Below the pieces are notes generated by a model, which saw nothing but the letters and a program-made list of their open reading frames with translations, did not search any database and was not told the DNA's origin. From Verrucomicrobiota bacterium (GTDB lineage Bacteria > Verrucomicrobiota > Verrucomicrobiia > Limisphaerales > SXTU01): a stretch of 64,000 bases of DNA. Shown piece after piece: positions 27,413 through 36,003 of this stretch (position 1 is the stretch's first letter; each line of letters starts with the position of its first letter). A program made the translations under genes and the position numbers. The stretch is from positions 840 to 64,839 of the forward strand of contig JACRKB010000015.1 of assembly GCA_016235545.1 (NCBI GenBank), in the 5' to 3' direction.

Positions 27413-28765
27413 CTATCTCCTCCGCACGCGTTTGAGGGGCCGTGCAATCTTCCGGTTGGGACGGGGCTTCTTCCGTGTGGGAGACTTGGAAGCATGCACA
27501 ACCGGTCGGGACCAGAGGGCTTCGAGGCGGTCGCGATCTTGTTCGAGGAAGCGGGTGAGCTGCTTTGCGGAGGGCAGCGCGACGAGGTAGCGCGAGATGA
27601 AGAGCTTCTGGTCGAGACCGCCGGTGGCGAACTCGACGGTGGCCTGGTCCTGGTCGGAGCAGAGGATGATGCCGATTGGCGGGTTGTCGCCCGGTGCGAC
27701 GCCGTGAGCTTTCCACCAGTTGAGATAGAAGTTCATCTGGCCCGCATCGGCGTGCACGAAGGCGCGGATTTTCAGGTCGAGCAGGATGTGGCAGCGAAGC
27801 AGGCGGTGGTAGAAGACGAGGTCAACATGCTCATGGCGGTTGCCCACGGTGATGCTCTTCTGCCGGGCCTCGAAACAAAAGCCGGCGCCGAGTTCGAGGA
27901 GGAAGGATTGCAGGTGGTCGAGCAGGGCGGTTTCGAGGTCGTTCTCGGAATAGGCCGGGCGCTCGGCGAGGCCGGTGAATTCGAGGACGTAGGGATCGCG
28001 CAGAAGGTCGGTGATGTCGGGCGCGCGGTTCTGTTGCTGGGCACGGCGGAGGACAGCGGCCTTGTCCTTGGAAAGGCCGGTGCGCTCGAAGAGGAGCGAG
28101 CCGATTTGGCGTTGGAGCTGGCGCACGGACCAGCGGCCCTTGAGGGATTCGTTTTCGTAGAAGATGCGTTTGAGCGGGTCGTCGAGGCGGAGGAGTTCAA
28201 GCAAGTGCGACCATGTGAGCTGGAGGACGAGTTGTGGCGAGAGTGGTTTGATGCCGACGGGGAGTGGCGGGAATTCGCCAGACAGTGTCTGGCGAATTGG
28301 GAGAAGTGCCAGGGCCAATTCGCCGGACACTGTCTGGTCAATCTGAAAAGCTGGGTCGGTGAATTCGCCAGACAGTGTCTGGCGAATCGGGGAGTCGGAC
28401 GTTTTCGAGGAGCGGGCAGGCAATGGGCCAGTCACTGACTGGCGAATTGGTTTGGCGGACCATTCGGGAAAAAAGACAGACGCTGTCTGGCCAATCTGTG
28501 GATAGCACCGGTAGAGCTGTCGAAAGCTACGAAGGTTCGACAGGGAGAAGCCCTTCAGGTCCTTGGCCTCAAGGTCCGCCGCGAGCCGCTCAAGCAGTTG
28601 TTCGCCATACTTCGCGCGATCGTCTCCGCGCTGCTCGAACTCGACGAGGTAGGCTCCGACCAGCCAGTTGCGGACGACAAGCGCTTGGTTGGCGACGCTG
28701 GCCACGCGACCGCTCAACTCGTGTGAGGCGGACTCGATGGCCCGGATGAGCTGGCGGTATTTCAT
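27413..28765 (-). CDS. DUF1016/YhcG-type PD-(D/E)XK nuclease-like protein
   Basis: 450 aa. N-terminal helical domain, repeat insert, C-terminal core HEHVDLVFYHRLLRCHILLDLKIRAF (D...D-x-K), basic tail. Confidence 0.75.
   Translation of the reverse strand: MKYRQLIRAIESASHELSGRVASVANQALVVRNWLVGAYLVEFEQRGDDRAKYGEQLLERLAADLEAKDLKGFSLSNLRSFRQLYRCYPQIGQTASVFFPEWSAKPIRQSVTGPLPARSSKTSDSPIRQTLSGEFTDPAFQIDQTVSGELALALLPIRQTLSGEFPPLPVGIKPLSPQLVLQLTWSHLLELLRLDDPLKRIFYENESLKGRWSVRQLQRQIGSLLFERTGLSKDKAAVLRRAQQQNRAPDITDLLRDPYVLEFTGLAERPAYSENDLETALLDHLQSFLLELGAGFCFEARQKSITVGNRHEHVDLVFYHRLLRCHILLDLKIRAFVHADAGQMNFYLNWWKAHGVAPGDNPPIGIILCSDQDQATVEFATGGLDQKLFISRYLVALPSAKQLTRFLEQDRDRLEALWSRPVVHASKSPTRKKPRPNRKIARPLKRVRRR
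28272..28495. repeat. five in-frame palindromic repeat units inside the nuclease CDS
   Basis: Perfect 27-nt palindrome AATTCGCCAGACAGTGTCTGGCGAATT at 28272-28298, repeated at 28362-28387 (26 nt). Degenerate copies at 28317-28342, 28428-28448 and 28475-28495. They encode the units PIRQTLSGEF / QIDQTVSGEL / PIRQSVTGPL / QIGQTASVF. Confidence 0.85.
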
Positions 28766-28807
28766 GGCTTGCGTGGAGAGTCAGTCTGCCGCGCAGCGAG
28801 CACACAA

Positions 28808-29983
28808 CTACTTCTTCAGCCCGATGCTGCTGCTGCGCTTCGCGATCTTCCGGCTGGTCAGCACCTTGGTCACCGTGCCGGACTTTAGATATTTCTGCTT
28901 CACCACATCGAGGATGGTGTCGCGGTGGTCGTAGAGGCGCTTGAGCTTGCGGGGCTTCACGCGCGAAAGGACGTAGGCGGTGAGGAGCGGGAGAGCAATG
29001 GTCGAGTCTGTGTAGCAGACCACGGAGTCCGGGAGTTTGTCCGGGTCCACCTTGCCCCAGCTCACGGCCTCGGCGGGCGTCGCGCCCGAGAGTCCGCCGG
29101 TGTCGGGCCTCGCGTCGGTGACTTGGAGGAAGTAGTCGTGGCCCTTCTCCTGGATGCCGAGGACTTCCTGAATTTGCGGCTCGGTCTGGAGCATGACGTT
29201 CTTCGGGCTGCCGCCGCCAAGTATCCACACGCTGCTGGTGTGGCCGGTGGACTTGGCGTGATAGACGATGGCGGCGGTCTGGTTCACGTCGCGGTTCACG
29301 TCGGGCATCAGCGCCGAGCCGCGCATGGCCATCGCGGCCACGTTCATGCCGATGCTGGAGTCGCCGGGGCTGCTGGTGAAGATGGGGATGCCGCACTCGT
29401 AGGCGGTGGCGAGCATGGAGCTGTCCTTGAGGCCAAGCTTCTTGCCGCGCGCGGCGACGTATTTGCCGAGGAGGTAGTGGAACTCATCCGTGCCCATCGG
29501 GCGCTGGAACTCGGGGCCTTGGATGACCTCGCGGACGAAGGCGTCTGTGTCGAGCAGCACGTTGTAGTCGAAGAGCACGTCGTAGATTCGAATGACACCG
29601 TCTTGGTGGAGCCGCACGTCGTCGAGGAACGGCGAGCCGCTGTGGAGCTGCATGTCCAAGCCGAAGTGGAGGTCGTGGTAGAGGTTCGCGCCGGTGGAGA
29701 TGATCCAGTCCACGAAGCCCGCCTTCATTAGCGGGATGAGGCATGATTTGCCAAGGCCGGCGGGCGTGAGCGCGCCGGTGAGGCTCATTCCGATGAAGCC
29801 GCCGCGCGGAAGCATCTTCTTCGCGAGGAGCTGGCTGGCCTCGCGTAGGCGGCCGCCGTTGTAGGCGAGCATGACCTGGTCAATGAGGTCGGCGGCGGAG
29901 ATGTCCTTGCCGACGCCGAGCGGGTTGAGGCGCGGGTAGGCGGCGAACTTCCTGGAGATTTTTTTGGCGGAGGGATTGCTCAT
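28808..29983 (-). CDS. deoxyhypusine synthase-like protein (possible homospermidine synthase)
   Basis: ORF trimmed to ATG 29983 (MSNPSAKK). ILGGGSPKN and EAVSWGK (catalytic Lys context) match the DHS family. Confidence 0.8.
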   Translation of the reverse strand: MSNPSAKKISRKFAAYPRLNPLGVGKDISAADLIDQVMLAYNGGRLREASQLLAKKMLPRGGFIGMSLTGALTPAGLGKSCLIPLMKAGFVDWIISTGANLYHDLHFGLDMQLHSGSPFLDDVRLHQDGVIRIYDVLFDYNVLLDTDAFVREVIQGPEFQRPMGTDEFHYLLGKYVAARGKKLGLKDSSMLATAYECGIPIFTSSPGDSSIGMNVAAMAMRGSALMPDVNRDVNQTAAIVYHAKSTGHTSSVWILGGGSPKNVMLQTEPQIQEVLGIQEKGHDYFLQVTDARPDTGGLSGATPAEAVSWGKVDPDKLPDSVVCYTDSTIALPLLTAYVLSRVKPRKLKRLYDHRDTILDVVKQKYLKSGTVTKVLTSRKIAKRSSSIGLKK

Positions 29984-30165
29984 AACGCGCGGCGAGTGTT
30001 GCGGAAGAGAAGGCAAAGGCAAGTGGAGTTTGAGCAGGAACGATTCATTGGCCACGGATGGAACACCGGTGGGGACGAGGAAAACGCATCCTCCCAAGGA
30101 CCTGCGTGCGCACAGGAAACGGTGTCGGCAGTCGCGGCAGGCATCGGCAAGCCATTCGCCTGCGG

Positions 30166-30200
30166 TTCCGTGTTTTATCCGTGTTCCATCCGTGGCTCAA
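30166..30200 (-). repeat. conserved spacer core (TTGAGCCACGGATGGAACACGGA)
   Basis: The reverse strand carries a 23-mer identical to 57781-57803 and 22/23 identical to 34618-34640. Confidence 0.8.
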
Positions 30201-30257
30201 CTGCATGGATTCTGATTGGCGCCCGCAACTCAGTTTCCTCCAAGCCAGGCAACTCCA

Positions 30258-31331
30258 TCAGAAATCCACCCACTGCCGCGTCTCGGCGGACTTCAGTGCC
30301 GCGTCCGTGACCGCCTGCATCCGCGCGCCGTCGTGGAAGGTCACGCTGCAGGCGCGCTGCTCGCGGATGGCGTTGACGAACTCAATCGCCTGATCGTAGC
30401 GGAAGCTCACGAGCGGGTCGCCGACACCCGGATCGCGAGGGCTGCCGGGCCAGGTGTAAAACTCGCGCGGGATGGGAAGGGCCTTGAGTCCGGGGCCGCC
30501 GACCTTGCCGAACTGAAGTTCATTCCAGCAGCCCGTCGTGAAGCTGAAGCTCGCTTCGCTGCCGTTCAGCTCCACGCGGTCAGGGCTGCGCCAGCTTTCG
30601 TTTGTGCCGCTGGCGAGCTTCGAGCTTTCCAGCACGCCGCTCGCGCCGCACTGGAATTCGGAGAGGATGGCGACCCAGTCATCTGTGTCATTCGGCGCGC
30701 CGCCGCGCATCGGAGTCAGGTTCTTCAAGTTCGCCACGAGCCGCGTCATCGGGCCGATGAGATGGTGCGCGAAGTCAATGCGGTGCGAGAGCATGTCGCC
30801 AATCTCGCCTGTGCCCGCGAGCTGTTTCTGCTGCCGCCAGCCGACGTTGCGTGTGCCCCAATCCTGCAAACGGCACGAGCGGTAGTGATACGGCCTGCCC
30901 AGCTCGCCGCCGTCCACGAGATGTTTCAGGTAACGCATCGCCGGGACGAAGCGGTAGGTGAACGCGGTCATGTGCCGGACGCCGGACTTCTCCGCCTCCA
31001 CAGCCATCTGGTGCGCGTCGGCGGCGTTGAGCGCGAGGGGTTTTTCGCTGAGGACGTGCTTGCCCGCGCGCGCCGCCGCGATGGCGACGGGCGGGTGAAA
31101 GGCGTTTGGCGTGGCGATGATGAGCGCGTGGACGTCGTCTCGCTGCACGATGTTCTCCCACCTCGTGGAGGTGACGGGCGCGCCGGTCTGCTGGCGCGCG
31201 GTTTCGAGCGTGGCAGGATTGGCGTCGCAGAGGGCGTGGATTTTCACGTCCTTGCACAGCGCGAGGCCTGGAAGGTGGTTTTGCAGTGTGATGCCGCCGG
31301 TGCCGATGATGGCGAAGTTGAGTGTGCTCAT
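30258..31331 (-). CDS. Gfo/Idh/MocA family oxidoreductase
   Basis: ATG 31331. Rossmann N-terminus LNFAIIGTGGITLQNHLPGL; EKPLALN motif. Confidence 0.85.
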   Translation of the reverse strand: MSTLNFAIIGTGGITLQNHLPGLALCKDVKIHALCDANPATLETARQQTGAPVTSTRWENIVQRDDVHALIIATPNAFHPPVAIAAARAGKHVLSEKPLALNAADAHQMAVEAEKSGVRHMTAFTYRFVPAMRYLKHLVDGGELGRPYHYRSCRLQDWGTRNVGWRQQKQLAGTGEIGDMLSHRIDFAHHLIGPMTRLVANLKNLTPMRGGAPNDTDDWVAILSEFQCGASGVLESSKLASGTNESWRSPDRVELNGSEASFSFTTGCWNELQFGKVGGPGLKALPIPREFYTWPGSPRDPGVGDPLVSFRYDQAIEFVNAIREQRACSVTFHDGARMQAVTDAALKSAETRQWVDF

Positions 31332-31474
31332 CTGAAAATCGGGCGCGAGTATGGCGTGCCGGGGCAGGGGCCGGAAGTCAGAACTCAGGAGCAAGGAGTT
31401 GGAATGTCATGCCACAGCACGGTGACCGTTCATTTGTGACTTCTGACTTGGCGCAGCCGGACATTGCCCCCGAT

Positions 31475-31852
31475 TCAGGTGGCCAGCCAGAGTTCGTCAC
31501 AGCCGTGATTGTGCCGAGCTTCGGTCAGCGCGCCGAGACGACGCATCCCTGCTGGGGTCCAAAATTGCCCCGGTCGTTTGAACCGGCATTGCTTCTGTCG
31601 ACATGCCGATTCCACCGGCCCCGATCCAATCGGCCAGCCGCGCTGCGCCCAGCTTTGGTAGTTCACGCGTTGTGCGTGGCCGGCAAAGGAGTGCTGCTTT
31701 CGCCGCACGACATCGCCCGCCTCCGCTGCGGGCGGGGCCAGATTCGCCAGTTCCTCATGCACTTGTTTTTGTTTCCCGTGCCGCAGTTGATGACGGCAGG
31801 GTTCCATCCACAGCGCATCGCACTCCCAGTGCAGGCGTCGCCCAAATTCCAA
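31475..31852 (-). mobile_element. degraded transposase remnant (ISKra4-like C-terminal fragment)
   Basis: GWPIGSGPVESACRQKQCRFKRPGQFW...AGMRRLGALTEARHNHGCDELW resembles the C-terminus of ISKra4-type transposases. The upstream reading frame is broken by an in-frame TAG (about 31865) with no N-terminal catalytic part. Family call is from memory. Confidence 0.45.
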
Positions 31853-32193
31853 AGGGTCGCCTTGCTAGCCGTCGAACATCCGCACCGCCAAGGACGTGGG
31901 CGCACGCTCGGGTTCGCGTTCCGGCGGCACGTGCGGGCGGCGAGCGCGGCGCTTGGGCTGGGCGGGCAGATTGTCGCCGAAAGCCCCTGCAAACGCGGTT
32001 GGAAAACCGTGGGAACCAGCACCGGCAAGTGTGCCCGGCACGACTCAGAGTTTTTTCTCATGCCCCCGTTCACCAGACCGCGGAGGACAAATACGGGGAG
32101 ACCTCGGATTTCCCGAAAGGCATTCGGGTAAACGATTAGGATTACGAGTAAGAGGGGAACGGGGGCGCGGCGCGGCGGAGTTGCTCCGCGTTC

Positions 32194-33381
32194 TCATGGC
32201 AGCGGCACCTGCTCCTTGCCGCGCAGGTAGGCGATCAGGTTCCGCACCTCGTCTTCCGGCAGCGCTTGGAGAAGCCCCTCGGGCATCATCGAAAGCTCGC
32301 TCTGCTTCAGTTTGGCGATGTCGCTGCGCGCGATGGTGAGGGTCTCGTTCGGTGTGATGATGGTGACGGCCGTCGCGTCCTGCCTCGCCATCACGCCGGA
32401 GATGCTGCGGTCGTCTTTCGTGTCGAGGTTCCAAGTGCGGTAGTCGTTCGGAATCTCCGCGTTCGGGTCGAGGATGTTGTGCAGCAGGTAGTCGAGGTCG
32501 GCGCGGTTCGAGCCGGTGATGTCGGGGCCGACCTTGCCGCCGACGCCGTAGAGCTGGTGGCATTGGCCGCAGGTCTTCGCAAAGACGGCGCGGCCCTTCG
32601 CCTGGTCTTCCTTCATCGCAGCCGCTTTCGCGAGCAGCGCCTTGTAGCGGCCCATCTCGGCCTGCCTGTCCGCAGAGCTCTCGCGTGCCGTGCCCCAGTG
32701 CTTGTCGAGCGCGGCGTTGAGGTCGGCTTGCTGGTGGTTGCGGAGCTGGCGCACGAGGTCGGCTGGCAAATCTTTCGCCGCGAACTGGCCGGCGGCGAGC
32801 GCTCCCACCAGCACCCGCGCGAAGGAGACGCGCGAGGCCAGCGTGCCGAACGCGTCGCGCCTGGCGGCGGGGTCCAACGACGGGAGCAGCTCGATAATCG
32901 CCGCCGGTGTCTTCGGGTCGTCGTAATTCGCCAGCCCGCGCAACGCGGCTCCGCGCAGCGCCGGCTCCTTGAGCAATTGCCGCAGCGGGCCGGCCAGCGT
33001 GGCGTCCTTCGCCGCCACGAGAGCTTCAATCGCCGCGAGCCGCTGGGCGGAGGGAGCCTTCGAGTCGAGCATCTGTTTCCTCGTGTCCGCCAGCGCGCTC
33101 GCGCTGCCGAAGACGAGCGAGAGTTGCTGGACGAGTTCCTTGACCTGCGCGTTGCTGCTCGTGGCCAGCTTGGCCGCGAGCGTGTCCCAGCCGGCGGGAG
33201 CCTTCACGCCGCGCCGGCCCTTGAGGCCGTCGGCCAGGCCCTTGAGGATGTCGAGCTGCACCTGAGCGTCATCGGTGGACTGGAGCACCTGCACGAGGAT
33301 GGGCAGCGCTTCATCGGACTGCGCGCGGAGCGAGGCCAGCGGCAGGGAGGCGGCGAACACGAGGAGGCAAATTCGTTTCAC
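32194..33381 (-). CDS. HEAT-repeat protein with C-terminal PVC-type heme-binding (CxxCH) domain
   Basis: CGQCHQLYGVGGKVGPDITG...DYLLHNILDPNAEI. Signal peptide after GTG 33381 (VKRICLLVFAASLPLASLRA); the ORF could extend to TTG 33456. Confidence 0.8.
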   Translation of the reverse strand: MKRICLLVFAASLPLASLRAQSDEALPILVQVLQSTDDAQVQLDILKGLADGLKGRRGVKAPAGWDTLAAKLATSSNAQVKELVQQLSLVFGSASALADTRKQMLDSKAPSAQRLAAIEALVAAKDATLAGPLRQLLKEPALRGAALRGLANYDDPKTPAAIIELLPSLDPAARRDAFGTLASRVSFARVLVGALAAGQFAAKDLPADLVRQLRNHQQADLNAALDKHWGTARESSADRQAEMGRYKALLAKAAAMKEDQAKGRAVFAKTCGQCHQLYGVGGKVGPDITGSNRADLDYLLHNILDPNAEIPNDYRTWNLDTKDDRSISGVMARQDATAVTIITPNETLTIARSDIAKLKQSELSMMPEGLLQALPEDEVRNLIAYLRGKEQVPLP

Positions 33382-33489
33382 GGGCCGGACTTTGGGAAAG
33401 AGGGCGGAGGGCGGCAAGTGTAGTTTGCGCGGAGGCCGTGCTGGCGGCGACTTCAAGCTGCGGGCCCGAACGTGCCGGCGGAGTCCCGC

Positions 33490-34533
33490 CTACCCAGTTG
33501 AGTTGAGGTCCGCGCGCAGCCGCTCCACCTGCTCGCTGCGGCCGAGGAACACGAGCCGTTGGCCGGCGGCCAGCAAAGTTTCCTCCGAGGGATTGTAGTG
33601 GCAGTCGGCTGCCGGGTTCGCAATGGCCACAAGGCGGAGCGTCGAGGCCTCGCCGGCCGGGCTATGGCGGATGGGCTTGCCCAAAAACTTGGAGCCTGCC
33701 TTCACTTCCACCTCTTCAAAGCGGTAGCCCTGCGGGTCGCGCACCATGATGTCGAGGAACGACACGACCGCCGGGCGGATCATCTCCGACGCCATTCGCA
33801 GGCCGCCGATGCGCTTGGGCGAGACGATGCTGTCCGCCCCGGCGCGCAGGAGCTTTTGCTCGGTCTCGTCGTCCTCGCACTTGCTGATGATGCGGATGCG
33901 CGCGTTCAGCCCGCGGGCCGTGAGGACCACGAACAAGTTGTCCTTGTCCGAGGCCAGCGCGCAGAAAATCCCCACGGCGCGCTGGATGCCCGCCTCGATG
34001 AGAACGTGGTCCGACGCGGCATCCCCTGACACGTAGTTGATCTTGCTGGCGGCGAGACCCGCTCCAAACCGCTCGCTGATGGCATCACGCGAATGGAAGC
34101 ACGCGAGGTTGTCGGGGTTCTTGTCCACCACCACCACCTGCTTGCCCGTCTGAAGCAGCTCGGCCACGACGTGTTCCCCGGTCTTGCCCAGGCCGCAGAT
34201 GATGTAGTGGTTGGTGAGCTGGGTGATTGCTTTGTCCATGCGGCGGCGCTTGAGCAACTGGGCCAGCTCACCGTCGGCCACGAGCGCGGTGAGGGTCAGT
34301 GCGCCGTAGGATACGGTCGTCATGCCGCCGAGGATCAAGAAGATAGTAAAGACCCGGCCCGCGCTGCTGAGCGGATGCGTCTCCCCGTAGCCGATGGTGG
34401 CCAGCGTGATGACCGTCATGTAGGCGGCATCAAGGAAGCTCCAGCCTTCTATGACCTCGTAGCCGATGATGCCGGCCAGATAGGTCAGGGCGAGCGCGAC
34501 CAGCAGTTTTCTGATTCGGTTCGTGATGGGCAC
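33490..34533 (-). CDS. potassium channel with RCK/TrkA domains
   Basis: Selectivity filter TIGYGE, TrkA-N Rossmann HYIICGLGKTGEHV, TrkA-C tail. GTG start. Confidence 0.9.
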   Translation of the reverse strand: MPITNRIRKLLVALALTYLAGIIGYEVIEGWSFLDAAYMTVITLATIGYGETHPLSSAGRVFTIFLILGGMTTVSYGALTLTALVADGELAQLLKRRRMDKAITQLTNHYIICGLGKTGEHVVAELLQTGKQVVVVDKNPDNLACFHSRDAISERFGAGLAASKINYVSGDAASDHVLIEAGIQRAVGIFCALASDKDNLFVVLTARGLNARIRIISKCEDDETEQKLLRAGADSIVSPKRIGGLRMASEMIRPAVVSFLDIMVRDPQGYRFEEVEVKAGSKFLGKPIRHSPAGEASTLRLVAIANPAADCHYNPSEETLLAAGQRLVFLGRSEQVERLRADLNSTG

Positions 34534-34612
34534 GGCGGGAGGTTGGGGGAAAAACCGGGTGGATGCAACGGCCCGGGAAGGACAGCCAGGAAAAACGAAT
34601 CAGCCGGCACCA

Positions 34613-34781
34613 TTCAGCTGAGCCACGGATGGAACACGGATTAACCACCGAACAGCAGGCGACAGTCTTGACGATCCCTGCCGTGCTCGCGGCCACCGTT
34701 CGATGTGCCGCTCCGCTCCTTTGAAGAATGCGTTTTCCGCGTCCTTATCGGTGCCTAACTGCGTTCCGTCCGTGGCCAAGG
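34613..34781. repeat. inverted pair of the conserved spacer core
   Basis: CTGAGCCACGGATGGAACACGGA (34618-34640) and a degenerate inverted copy GCGTTCCGTCCGTGGCCAAGG (34761-34781). Confidence 0.65.
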
Positions 34782-34960
34782 AACCGCTCCGATTAACCCG
34801 AACTCCGGAATGGAATGGCCGCGAAAAGTCACAAAGAGCGCAAAGCCAAGTTTCTGGCAGGAGAACGAGGCGGTTGGAAATAGCCCCTGCTCAAGTCAGC
34901 CCCGACTCCGCTGCCCTGTCTCCTTGGCACACTTTCGCGGCTGAACTTCGCAGTCCGGGA

Positions 34961-35137
34961 TTAGCGCCGGTCGTAGAGCATTCCGGGCACTCCTCCTTCC
35001 CATCCCTTGGGCGAGTTCCACGGGCGGGAGGACTGGTTGTCCGGCTCCGGCGTGTTGCAGCCTGAGGTGAGAAGGACGGTGCCCAGCGCTATGAGTGCGA
35101 GCAGGGAGCGGCCCAGTTGGAGCAGGCGCGGGTTCAT
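34961..35137 (-). CDS. small predicted lipoprotein (58 aa), below the ORF-track cutoff
   Basis: My translation: MNPRLLQLGRSLLALIALGTVLLTSGCNTPEPDNQSSRPWNSPKGWEGGVPGMLYDRR*. Lipobox-like LTSGC. ATG lies 1 nt after the stop of the upstream gene (TGAcATG). Confidence 0.55.
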   Translation of the reverse strand: MNPRLLQLGRSLLALIALGTVLLTSGCNTPEPDNQSSRPWNSPKGWEGGVPGMLYDRR

Positions 35138-35138
35138 G

Positions 35139-35930
35139 TCACTTCTGCGGTGGGAGGACCACGGAGGAGGGTGTCAGGACGGCGTCGCCTTCCTTGATTT
35201 CGCTCTTCTTGAAGCCGGTCATCACGTTGGCGATGGAGTAGTCTGTCTCGACGCGGGAGACCTTCACGCGGGCAACAAGCTTGCCCTCGCGGCTGATGCT
35301 CAGCTCGCCGTTTTTGAGCAGGCCGTGGTTGGCACCCATGTCCAGTATGACGAAGTCCCACTTGGGGTCCACGGCTGTCACCTTGCCGCTGAGGCTGGGC
35401 AGCGCCACCGCGCCTTTGGGGTTGAGGAAGGACTGTAGTTCGCCGGTGGCCTTGATGTGCTGGGTCATGAGCACGCGTTGCTCAGACTTGAGCGTGCTGA
35501 GCTCGTTGGTGGCCTTGGGCAGCGCGGCGTGGATGTTGCGGATGACGGGCGGGGTCAGGCCGAGTTTTTGCAGGTCGAAGTATTCCACGCTCTGGACCTT
35601 GATGGCCGCAGTCTCCTGCTTGGCTTTGTTGGTTTCCTGGGCGGCGGCGATGGCCTTTTGCTTCTCCGCTTCAGCCGCCTTGATCGCGTCGGCCTCGGAT
35701 TTTTTGGATTGGTCGAGGTCGTTCTTCAAGGCGTCTCGTTCGTCCCCGGCAAGCTTGGCGCGCGCTTCCTGTTTGGCCCGCTCGGCCTTCTCCTTGCCCA
35801 AGTCCTCTGTGACCTTCTTCTCCTTTTCCTTCATCTCGTCGAGGAGGGGCTTGAGCTTCATTTCACCCAGGACGATGACACCTGCGCTGGCGGCGATGAC
35901 GAGGACGATGATGAGCCTGAGAGCGAGCAT
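35139..35930 (-). CDS. membrane-anchored coiled-coil protein, function unknown
   Basis: N-terminal TM LIIVLVIAASAGVIVL, K/E/A-rich coiled coil, C-terminal beta-rich domain (GKVTAVDPKWDFVILDMG...GDAV). Confidence 0.7.
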   Translation of the reverse strand: MLALRLIIVLVIAASAGVIVLGEMKLKPLLDEMKEKEKKVTEDLGKEKAERAKQEARAKLAGDERDALKNDLDQSKKSEADAIKAAEAEKQKAIAAAQETNKAKQETAAIKVQSVEYFDLQKLGLTPPVIRNIHAALPKATNELSTLKSEQRVLMTQHIKATGELQSFLNPKGAVALPSLSGKVTAVDPKWDFVILDMGANHGLLKNGELSISREGKLVARVKVSRVETDYSIANVMTGFKKSEIKEGDAVLTPSSVVLPPQK

Positions 35931-36003
35931 GGTTTTAGGTCGTTCGGTTAAATCGGCATGGATGATTAGCGGCGTGATGCAGGGGTGTCAACGCCGGGCT
36001 TGG

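Noticed and set aside
27413-28765. DUF1016 nuclease as the core of a defence island or prophage remnant
   Set aside because: The neighbours are a pilus secretin and a metabolic gene. No methyltransferase, helicase, integrase, toxin-antitoxin or phage genes are nearby. It is kept as a single gene with an unusual repeat.
31853-32190. Extending the transposase remnant into a longer frameshifted pseudogene
   Set aside because: The upstream frames gave only weak, ambiguous resemblance and an in-frame stop. Without a database alignment the extent cannot be supported.
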